Below, piece by piece: positions 19,727 to 27,058 of a DNA stretch of 64,000 nt (positions are counted from its first letter, which is position 1; each line of letters opens with the position of its first letter). The stretch is from an uncultured Actinomycetota bacterium (GTDB taxonomy: Bacteria; Actinomycetota; Actinomycetes; Streptosporangiales; Streptosporangiaceae): positions 819,042 through 883,041 of the forward strand of contig CAWIXN010000005.1 in NCBI GenBank assembly GCA_963840095.1, read 5' to 3'. The notes under the pieces are model-generated. The model saw nothing but the letters and a program-made list of their open reading frames with translations. It was not told where the DNA came from and did no database searches. The translations under genes and the position numbers were made by a program.

Positions 19727-21859
19727 CTACAAAGCCCCTCCGGCCTGCTCCGAAAGCACCTTCCTGCGCTGTTCGAGGGCGACCAGATCGCCGAACAGGC
19801 GGTTGTAGCCGATCGTCTCCGTGACCGGGTTCAGTCGTTGCAGGCGTGACTTCACGACGGCAATCTCCCTGCTCACGGACAGCTCGCCGATCCGGGCGAG
19901 CACGGCATCCGCGTACCGGGCATCGGGCTCGCCGTCGGCCCTCGGGGCGCGGGGCGGCTCGACGGCAAGCTGGGTCACGAACGTCCTGGCCCGGTCGTCG
20001 GGAGCGGCCGCGCGCAGCCGCTCGGCCCACTCCCGGCCGCCTCCCGCAGCCCGTCCGGCCCCCCCGCACGCGGCAATGAGCTCGAACACCGCAGCATGCG
20101 CCGGGGCGGTAAATGCCGCCGCCCCGAGCTCGTCGAAGACCGGACCGCACAGCGCCGGCCGTTGCACGGCCAGCTTCAGTGCCTCGCGCTCGACCTGGAT
20201 GACGGGGTCGCGCAGGTCGTAGCGGAACTGATCAGCTCGCTCCGTCGGCCGGGCCGGGCCGTTCTGGCCGTTCCGCTGCCCGTCACCTTGCTGCCCGTCA
20301 TCGTGCTGCCCGTCATCGCGCTGCCCGTCATCGCGCTGCCCGGCACCGTGCTGCCCGGCACCCCGCTGCCCGTTACCCCACTGCTCGTCATCGCGCCGCC
20401 CGTCACCGCGCCACCCAGCGCCGCCGTACTGCCCGCCGCCGCGCTGTCCGCCACCGTGCTGTCCGCCGCCGCGCTGGCCCTCGCCGCGCCGCCCTCCGCT
20501 GCCCGGCCCGCCGCTGCGACCCGACTGGGCCGGTGCCGAATGGCTGCGGATCCTGGCCAGTACGAATGTCTCGTCCATCATTCCGAGCCACCGGTCCAGG
20601 CTGACCGCGTAAAGCTGGCGCAGCCCCCGGTCCTTGATCTTGGCCACGATCGGTGCGGCCGCGTCAAGGGCGGCGAGCCGACCCTCGGCGGTGTTCAGGT
20701 CGTGCTCGCCGAGCGCGCTGCGGATGGCGAACTCGAACAGCGGCACGCGCTGCGCGATGAGGTCCCGGACGGCGCCGTCCCCGCGGGCGAGCCGCAGGTC
20801 GCAAGGGTCGAGCCCGTCGGGCTGCACGGCGACGAAGGTCTGCGTGACGAACTTCTCCTCCATGCTGAACGCGCGCAGCGCCGCCCGCTGCCCAGCCCGG
20901 TCCCCGTCGAAGGTGAAGATGACCTCGCCGCGGAACTGACTGTCATCCATCAGCAGTCGCCGGAGGATCGTGATGTGGCCATCACCGAACGATGTGCCGC
21001 TGGTGGCCACGGCGGTCGTCACCCCCGCCAGGTGGCAGGCCATCACGTCCGTGTACCCCTCGACGATGACTGCCTGCCTGCGCTGGGCGATGTCCCGCTT
21101 GGCCAGATCCGCCCCGTACAGCACCGAGCTCTTCTTGAACAGTGCTGTCTCGGGCGTGTTCAGGTACTTGGGGCCGTCGTCGTCATCGCGGAGCTTGCGA
21201 GCGCCGAACGCGATAACGTCCCCGGTCAGGTCCCTGATCGGCCAGATCAGCCGTCCGCGGAACTTGTCGATCAGGCCGCGCCTGCCGTGGCTGGCCAGGC
21301 CGCCGGCGAGCAGTTCCGCGTCGGTGAAGCCCCGCCCGTGCAGGTGCCTGGCCAGCGCGTCCCATTCAGCGGGCGCGAACCCGATCCCGAATCGCTCGGC
21401 GTCTGGCTGCTCGAAGCCGCGTGAGGATAGGAACGCCCGCCCTGAGACGGCATCGGCGCCCGCGAGCCGTTCTGCGTAAAACTCAGCCGCCGCGCGGTGT
21501 GCCTCAATCAGCCGGCGCCGCTGCGTCTGCTCCTGGCCGGGAACGTGGCCGCCCTGCTCGTATCTCAGGTCGATCCCGGCCCTGGCCGCCAGCCGCTCGA
21601 CCGCCTCGGCGAAGCTGAGATGGTCGATCATCTGCACGAACTTGATGACGTCGCCGCCCTCGGAGCAGGAGAAGCAGTAGAACAGGCCACGGGCCGGGGT
21701 GACATTGAAGGAGGGGGTCTTCTCCTCGTGAAACGGGCAAAGTCCCTTGAGCGAGCCGCCACCGGCATTCTTGAGCTGGAGGTACTCCCCCACGACCTCC
21801 TCGACTGGCGAGCGCTCGCGGACCAGAGCGATGTCCTCGTCGCGGATCCGGCCTGCCAC
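19727..21859 (-). CDS. dnaG: DNA primase DnaG (with a Gly/Gln/Arg/Asp-rich repeat linker)
   Basis: Zn-finger CPFHEEKTPSFNV...FYCFSCSEGGD and TOPRIM motifs EGYTDV and FDGDRAG. A C-terminal DnaB-binding-like domain follows the low-complexity insert. Confidence 0.93.
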   Translation of the reverse strand: MAGRIRDEDIALVRERSPVEEVVGEYLQLKNAGGGSLKGLCPFHEEKTPSFNVTPARGLFYCFSCSEGGDVIKFVQMIDHLSFAEAVERLAARAGIDLRYEQGGHVPGQEQTQRRRLIEAHRAAAEFYAERLAGADAVSGRAFLSSRGFEQPDAERFGIGFAPAEWDALARHLHGRGFTDAELLAGGLASHGRRGLIDKFRGRLIWPIRDLTGDVIAFGARKLRDDDDGPKYLNTPETALFKKSSVLYGADLAKRDIAQRRQAVIVEGYTDVMACHLAGVTTAVATSGTSFGDGHITILRRLLMDDSQFRGEVIFTFDGDRAGQRAALRAFSMEEKFVTQTFVAVQPDGLDPCDLRLARGDGAVRDLIAQRVPLFEFAIRSALGEHDLNTAEGRLAALDAAAPIVAKIKDRGLRQLYAVSLDRWLGMMDETFVLARIRSHSAPAQSGRSGGPGSGGRRGEGQRGGGQHGGGQRGGGQYGGAGWRGDGRRDDEQWGNGQRGAGQHGAGQRDDGQRDDGQHDDGQQGDGQRNGQNGPARPTERADQFRYDLRDPVIQVEREALKLAVQRPALCGPVFDELGAAAFTAPAHAAVFELIAACGGAGRAAGGGREWAERLRAAAPDDRARTFVTQLAVEPPRAPRADGEPDARYADAVLARIGELSVSREIAVVKSRLQRLNPVTETIGYNRLFGDLVALEQRRKVLSEQAGGAL

Positions 21860-21968
21860 GTCCGCCCTCCGCTCACACCTGTTGTCGTCGCGGCGAGTCT
21901 AGTCCCGCCACGGCCGCCGCGAGCCGCGAGCCGCGAGCGCCGACCAGCCCGGCTGATAGCCTCCCGGC

Positions 21969-22871
21969 GTGACCAGCCTCCTCGTGCTCTGGGATGTGGA
22001 CTACACGCTGGTCGACTCGGACGGCGTCGGCCGACTGCTCTACGAGACCGCGTTCCGAGAGATGTTCGGCGGGGACCTGCCACAGCCCGGCCTGATGTCC
22101 GGCCGGACCGATAGCGCGATTGCGCTCGAGGTGCTGACGTTGGCGGGACTGCCCGAGCCGCGGCGGCTGGTCGGCGCCTTCCAGAAGGTCCTGGCGGCCC
22201 ATGCGCCCGAGCTGGCGCAGACCGTGAGGGAGCAGGCCCGCGCTCTGCCGGGCGCCGCCGCCGCGCTCGCCGCGCTGGCCAGGCTGAACGAGCCGGCCAG
22301 CCCGGCAGGCAATGCCCCGGCAGACGATGCCCCGGCAGGCGATGCCCCGGCAGGCCAAGACCCGGCGGGGGATGGCACGACGGCCGATGCCTCGGCTTGG
22401 GGCCGGTCGCGGCCCCGGGTGGTCCAGTCACTGCTGACCGGCAACATCAGGCCGCTTGCCGAGGTCAAGCTTGGCCCGCTTGGCCTGCTTGCCCACCTTG
22501 ACCTCGACGCCGGCGCCTATGGTGACGCTCACGAAGTCAGAGCCGAGCTCGTGCATACGGCCCGGCGCAATGCGCACCGACGCTATGGCGACGGCTTCGC
22601 CGGCGAGGCCACCATCCTGGTGGGCGACACGCCGCTGGACATCGAAGCCGCGCTGGCCACCGGAGCCCGCGCGGTCGGCGTCGCCACCGGCGCCTTCGGC
22701 GTGGGAGAGCTCACCGCCGCCGGCGCGCATGCCGTGCTGGCCGACCTCACCGACACCAGCCGTGTCCTTGCGGCCATCCTGGCCGAGCCGGTCCCAGCCC
22801 CGTCGCCGCCCCCCTCGCCGTCGCCGCCTCCCTCGCCGTCGCCGCCTCCCTCGCCGTCGCCGCTCCCCTAG
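21969..22871 (+). CDS. HAD-superfamily hydrolase with an Ala/Pro-rich insert and a C-terminal (PSPSPP)n tail
   Basis: LWDVDYTLV is motif I. LVGDTPLDIEAA is motif IV. GTG start at 21969, divergent from dnaG. Confidence 0.75.
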   Translation: MTSLLVLWDVDYTLVDSDGVGRLLYETAFREMFGGDLPQPGLMSGRTDSAIALEVLTLAGLPEPRRLVGAFQKVLAAHAPELAQTVREQARALPGAAAALAALARLNEPASPAGNAPADDAPAGDAPAGQDPAGDGTTADASAWGRSRPRVVQSLLTGNIRPLAEVKLGPLGLLAHLDLDAGAYGDAHEVRAELVHTARRNAHRRYGDGFAGEATILVGDTPLDIEAALATGARAVGVATGAFGVGELTAAGAHAVLADLTDTSRVLAAILAEPVPAPSPPPSPSPPPSPSPPPSPSPLP

Positions 22872-22899
22872 CCGTCGCGCCCCTGGCCGTCGCCTGAGT

Positions 22900-22946
22900 G
22901 ATCCTGACGACTTTCCAGCAGATATCGCGGGAAGCCCGTCAAGATC
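22900..22946 (+). repeat. 47-nt palindromic element, copy A (imperfect arms)
   Basis: GATCCTGACGACTTTCCAGCAGATATCGCGGGAAGCCCGTCAAGATC aligns with 24114..24160 and 50515..50561. Confidence 0.8.
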
Positions 22947-23071
22947 TTCGAGTGACCCACGGCCGTGGGGCCGGATTGCCTTTATCCACAGCCGCGCGGG
23001 TCGGATCGCCTTTCTCCACGGGCTGTCTTGACGAGCTGAACCGGCCCCGCCCAGGCACCGAGACTGGACCC

Positions 23072-24115
23072 GTGCCGGTCATTCTCGAAGGCGACTGCCG
23101 CGACCTGGTGGCCAGGCAAGGCGGCATCATCAGCCGCCGCCAGGCCATCAGCTACGGCATTTCCGAAGCGATCATCGACAACCAGCTGCGCATTGCTCGA
23201 TGGCGACAGCAGTACCGGGGCGTGTATGCGACGTTCACGGGTCCGGTGCCACGGGAGGCCCAGCTGACCGCGGCGCTGCTGCGAGCCGGCCCTGATGCGA
23301 CGCTCAGCCATCACACCGCGGCCGAACTTGCCCTGCTGGCCGACGAGCCCAGCGCTCTCATTCACATCACGGTGCCGACCAGAAGCCATCCAGGGCCGAT
23401 ACCCGGCATAGTGATCCACCGATCGACACAGATCTCGGCAGCACGCCACCCGGTCCTGCTGCCGCCCCGGACTCGCGTCGAGGAGACCACCCTGGACCTG
23501 ATAACGGTCGCAGCCGGGTTCGATGAGGCCTACGGCTGGCTGTGCCGCGCCACCGGCCGGCGCCTCACCACCGCCGGACGGCTGACTGCAGCGGTGACCG
23601 CACGTAGCCGGATGCGCTGGCGAGGCGAGATCCTCGACGCACTCAGTGAGATCGATGAGGGAGTTCAGTCGAACCTGGAGCGCCGCTATGTCCGCGACGT
23701 CGAGCGCGCTCACCGGCTGCCGACCGCCAGGCGTCAGGCCCGGATAGTCTCCGGCGCCCGCTCGAAGTACCTCGACGACCTTTACGGGGAGTTCGGCGTG
23801 GCGGTGGAACTCGACGGCCAGGCCGCCCATCCGGTGGAGAAACGCTGGATGGACATTCACCGGGACAACTTCTGCGCCCGCTCCGGAATTGTCACGCTGC
23901 GCTACAACTGGGCCGACGTCACCAGCCGGCCCTGCTGGGTGGCCGCTGAGCTCAGCGACGTGCTGCGCAGCCGCGGCTGGCCGGGACGCCCGAGACGGTG
24001 CGGCCCATCCTGCGTAGTCGACTCTCCGACGATCGCGACCACCGCGGCGCCCTCCGGCACCGCCTCAGCATCCCCCGCCACCACTGCAGTCTCCCCCGCT
24101 AACGATCCGCAATGA
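23072..24115 (+). CDS. AbiEi_4-like HTH + DUF559 (endonuclease-like fold) domain protein
   Basis: LVARQGGIISRRQAISYGISEAIIDNQLRIARWRQQYRGVYATFTGP...LSHHTAAEL is the N-terminal domain typical of these proteins. The C-terminal part FGVAVELDGQAAH...RDNFCARSGIVTLRYNWADV is DUF559-like. Start set at GTG 23072. Confidence 0.7.
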   Translation: MPVILEGDCRDLVARQGGIISRRQAISYGISEAIIDNQLRIARWRQQYRGVYATFTGPVPREAQLTAALLRAGPDATLSHHTAAELALLADEPSALIHITVPTRSHPGPIPGIVIHRSTQISAARHPVLLPPRTRVEETTLDLITVAAGFDEAYGWLCRATGRRLTTAGRLTAAVTARSRMRWRGEILDALSEIDEGVQSNLERRYVRDVERAHRLPTARRQARIVSGARSKYLDDLYGEFGVAVELDGQAAHPVEKRWMDIHRDNFCARSGIVTLRYNWADVTSRPCWVAAELSDVLRSRGWPGRPRRCGPSCVVDSPTIATTAAPSGTASASPATTAVSPANDPQ

Positions 24116-24160
24116 TCTTGTCGACTTCCCAGTAGATACCGCTGAGAGCCCGACAAGATC
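24114..24160 (+). repeat. 47-nt palindromic element, copy B (most diverged)
   Basis: GATCTTGTCGACTTCCCAGTAGATACCGCTGAGAGCCCGACAAGATC. It begins inside the stop codon of the DUF559 gene (T-GATC). Confidence 0.7.
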
Positions 24161-24205
24161 TTGGAACGCCCGCCGCGAGGGGGGTCCGGGCCGTGACGGG
24201 ACTGA

Positions 24206-24400
24206 GGGAGCCGGCCCCAAGGAAGCCGGTCCCGAGGAAGCCGGTCCCGAGGAAGCCGGTCCCGAGGAAGCCGGTCCCGAGGAAGCCGGTCCCGAGGAAG
24301 CCGGGACCGAGGAAGCCGGGACCAAGGAAGCCGGGACCAAGGAAGCCGGTCCCAAGGAAGCCGGTCCCAAGAAAGCCGGGACGTACAGAGCCGGGACCAA
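24206..24400 (+). repeat. Tandem array of about 13 x 15 bp (GGAAGCCGGTCCCGA and variants)
   Basis: Units counted directly. Variants swap GGTCCC and GGGACC. The array lies between the DUF559 gene and the 3' end of the FAD reductase gene. Confidence 0.9.
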
Positions 24401-24424
24401 GGGAGCGGGACGAACGGCGGCGGG

Positions 24425-25651
24425 TCAGAGCTCGGTGAGCGGGATATCGGGGTCTTCGAGCCGCGCGACGTCGACACTGACGCCGGATCGGATCAGCGCC
24501 TGGATGTCGTCGTTCACATCCCAGACATTGACGTTCATCCCGGCTACCACGGCGCCGTCGGCCAGCCAGAACGCGATGAACTCCAGCGCCTCGCGGTCGC
24601 CGCGGTAGACCACCTGATCGTAGCTACCCGGCTCGGGCAGCCCGGCGGCCTCCATGCCGAGGTCGTACTGGTCGCTGTAGAAGTAAGGGACCACGTCGTA
24701 GGAGACCTCCTGGCCGAGCATGGACCGCGCGGCGGCCGGGCCTCCGGCCAGCGCATTGGCCCAGTGTTCGACCCGGATCCGCCGGCCGAGCAGCGGATTA
24801 AACCAGTTCGCGACGTCACCCGCCGCGAAGATCGCCGGATCGGAGCTGCGCAGCGCCTCGTCGACGAATATCCCGTTCTCGACTTCCAGGCCGGCCGCGG
24901 CGGCGATGGCGTCGTTCGGCACCGCGCCGATCCCGACGATCACCACGTCGGCGGGCACTTCCTCGTCCGCTGAGGTGATCACCGAACCGACCCGGCCGTC
25001 CGAGCCCCGCAACTCGGCCACACCCTCGCCGAACCTGAACTCCACGCCGTGGCTGCGGTGCAGGTCAGCGAAAGCCTCACCGACTTCAGGGCCGATGCTG
25101 CGGTACAGGGCGCCTGGCTCGGGCTCCACGATCGTGACGTCGCAGCCGTACTGGCGGGCGGCCGCCGCGGTCTCCAGCCCGATCCAGCCCGATCCGGCGA
25201 TGACCACGCGGCTGCCCGCCGCCAGCGACGCCCGCAGCTGGTCAGAGTCGGGCTTGGACCGCAGGTACAGCACACCGCTCAGGTCGGCGCCTGGTACCCG
25301 GAGCCGGCGCGGCGAAGCGCCCGTGGTGATCAGCAGCTTGTCGTAGGAGACTGGCTCACCAGCGGCCAGCATGACCTGCCGGGCGGCGGCGTCGACCGAA
25401 ATGACCGTGACGCCGAGCCGCAGGTCGACGTCATGCTCGGGATACCAGCTTGCCTCGTGGACGTACACCGAGTCCGCGTCGTCCTTGCCGAGCAGGTAGC
25501 CCTTGGAAAGCGGCGGCCGCTCGTAGGGGCGCAGCTGTTCATCGCCGATGAGGATGACGGCCCCGGCGAAGCCCTCCTCGCGCAGGGTTTCGGCTGCCTT
25601 GGCCCCAGCCAGGCTGGCCCCGACGATCACGTAGGTTTCCTCGGCAGGCAT
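24425..25651 (-). CDS. FAD-dependent NAD(P)H ferredoxin reductase-type oxidoreductase
   Basis: VIVGASLAGAKAAE is the FAD GxGxxG motif and VVIAGSGWIGLETAAA is the NAD GxGxxG motif. AAGDVA and a reductase C-terminal domain are also present. Confidence 0.85.
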   Translation of the reverse strand: MPAEETYVIVGASLAGAKAAETLREEGFAGAVILIGDEQLRPYERPPLSKGYLLGKDDADSVYVHEASWYPEHDVDLRLGVTVISVDAAARQVMLAAGEPVSYDKLLITTGASPRRLRVPGADLSGVLYLRSKPDSDQLRASLAAGSRVVIAGSGWIGLETAAAARQYGCDVTIVEPEPGALYRSIGPEVGEAFADLHRSHGVEFRFGEGVAELRGSDGRVGSVITSADEEVPADVVIVGIGAVPNDAIAAAAGLEVENGIFVDEALRSSDPAIFAAGDVANWFNPLLGRRIRVEHWANALAGGPAAARSMLGQEVSYDVVPYFYSDQYDLGMEAAGLPEPGSYDQVVYRGDREALEFIAFWLADGAVVAGMNVNVWDVNDDIQALIRSGVSVDVARLEDPDIPLTEL

Positions 25652-25689
25652 CGGCCACTCCTTCCGGCGAACTGGCCCGGCTCAGGATT

Positions 25690-27039
25690 TCACTGGCACC
25701 GCCGGCGGTGCCAGGCGATAGCCGAAGTATCCGTGAGCGAGGCGATCTGGTCGACCACGACACGCAGCCGCTGCGCGGCCGACCCCGCCTCGGCGTAGCC
25801 CGGGCGGAAGACCGGATCCAGCGCGCCCGGTGCGCCGGCCCGCACGGCGGCGGCCAGCTCGGTGATCAGCTCGCGCTGGCTGGCCTGCGCGGCGGTCACC
25901 CCGGGCCGGTTCATCACGTAACGGGCGGTGACTCCCTTGAGCAGCGCGCATTCAAGGCGCTGCCGCCTGGGCACCACCAGGTCGGCGGCGTACCTGGTCA
26001 AGCCCACGGCGCCGCCGGCGCCCCTCTCGCCGGCGCCCTTCTCCGGCCGGCCGCCAGCGCCGCTCCTGCCGGCGCCCTTCTCCAGCCAGCCGTCGGCGCC
26101 GGTCAGGCCGGCCGCGGGCAGGCCGGCCGCGGGCAGGCCGGCCGCGGTCAGCGTAGCGTCCTGCGCTGCATCGCAGAACCGGCTGATCAGCTCGCTGGTC
26201 AGGTGCTTCAGCGCGGCCAGCGACGCGGGGCCGCCGTCGAAGTCGACGGGCCACGCGGGCAGGCTGAGCAGGCTGGCGAACACCTCGCCCAGCTCGCCGG
26301 CGGTCACCGAGCCCGGCTCGCAGTACGTGGCGGCGGTCAGCTCAGTGACTGCCCGGCGCTCGGCGCCGTCCCGCAGCGCGGCCAGCGTGATCATGCCGGA
26401 CTGCAGGCCGTCCTCCAGGTCATGCACGGAGTAGGCGACGTCGTCAGCCCAGTCCATGACCTGCGCCTCCAGGCAGCGACGATCATCAGGAACGCCGTCA
26501 CGCACCCAGCCGAACGCCTTCGCGTCGTCCTCGTACGCCCCATACTTGATCTGTCCGGGCTTGGCCAGCCACGGGTACTTCAAGGTGGCGTCGAGGCTGG
26601 CGCGGGTCAGGTTCAGGCCGGCCCCGAGGACCTTAGCCTCCAGCCTGGTCAGCAGCCTGAAGCTCTGCGCGTTGCCTTCGAACCCCCCGCAGTCCGCGGC
26701 GATGCCGGCCAGCGCCTGCTCGCCGTTGTGGCCGAACGGCGGGTGCCCCAGATCGTGGGCCAGGCAGGCCGCGTCGACCAGGTCGGGGTCACACCCTAGG
26801 ATTGCCCCCAGCTCGCGGCCGATCTGCGCGCATTCCAGCGAGTGGGTGAGCCGGGTGCGCGGGAAATCACCCGAGCCCACCTCGACCACCTGCGTCTTGG
26901 CCGCCAGCCTGCGCAGCGCGGCGCTGTGCAGGACCCGGGCCCGGTCCCGCTCGAACTCACCACGCCACGGCCGCTGGGTGCGGGTCCGCTGTTCCGGCAC
27001 CCAGCGCGCCGTGGCCTGGCGGTCGTAGCCGCCGGTCAC
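25690..27039 (-). CDS. dgt: dGTP triphosphohydrolase (HD domain) with a short repeat insert
   Basis: FERDRARVLHSAALRRLAAKTQV, RLTHSLECAQIGR and LAHDLGHPPFGH are present. Start set at GTG 27039, just after the ppdK stop. The longer ORF to 27477 overlaps ppdK. Confidence 0.9.
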   Translation of the reverse strand: MTGGYDRQATARWVPEQRTRTQRPWRGEFERDRARVLHSAALRRLAAKTQVVEVGSGDFPRTRLTHSLECAQIGRELGAILGCDPDLVDAACLAHDLGHPPFGHNGEQALAGIAADCGGFEGNAQSFRLLTRLEAKVLGAGLNLTRASLDATLKYPWLAKPGQIKYGAYEDDAKAFGWVRDGVPDDRRCLEAQVMDWADDVAYSVHDLEDGLQSGMITLAALRDGAERRAVTELTAATYCEPGSVTAGELGEVFASLLSLPAWPVDFDGGPASLAALKHLTSELISRFCDAAQDATLTAAGLPAAGLPAAGLTGADGWLEKGAGRSGAGGRPEKGAGERGAGGAVGLTRYAADLVVPRRQRLECALLKGVTARYVMNRPGVTAAQASQRELITELAAAVRAGAPGALDPVFRPGYAEAGSAAQRLRVVVDQIASLTDTSAIAWHRRRCQ

Positions 27040-27058
27040 CGGGCGCGATAGCCGGGGC

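Noticed and set aside
18473-21859. dnaG followed by an RpoD-family sigma gene, taken as a novel E. coli-like macromolecular-synthesis operon in an actinomycete.
   Set aside because: From memory, Streptomyces has a group-2 sigma (hrdA) close to dnaG, so the arrangement is probably ancestral synteny rather than a novelty.
24206-24400. Possible CRISPR array. The same question applies to the other tandem arrays at 53163-53495 and 59584-59733.
   Set aside because: The units are contiguous 15-bp repeats with no unique spacers. The repeat length is far below CRISPR size, and there are no cas genes in the window.
24193-24438. 81-aa (PRKPV)n ORF taken as a real proline-rich basic peptide gene.
   Set aside because: The ORF exists only because of the repeat and has no RBS or non-repeat domain. 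Both other frames and the opposite strand are equally open. It is kept as a question under the array finding rather than called as a CDS.
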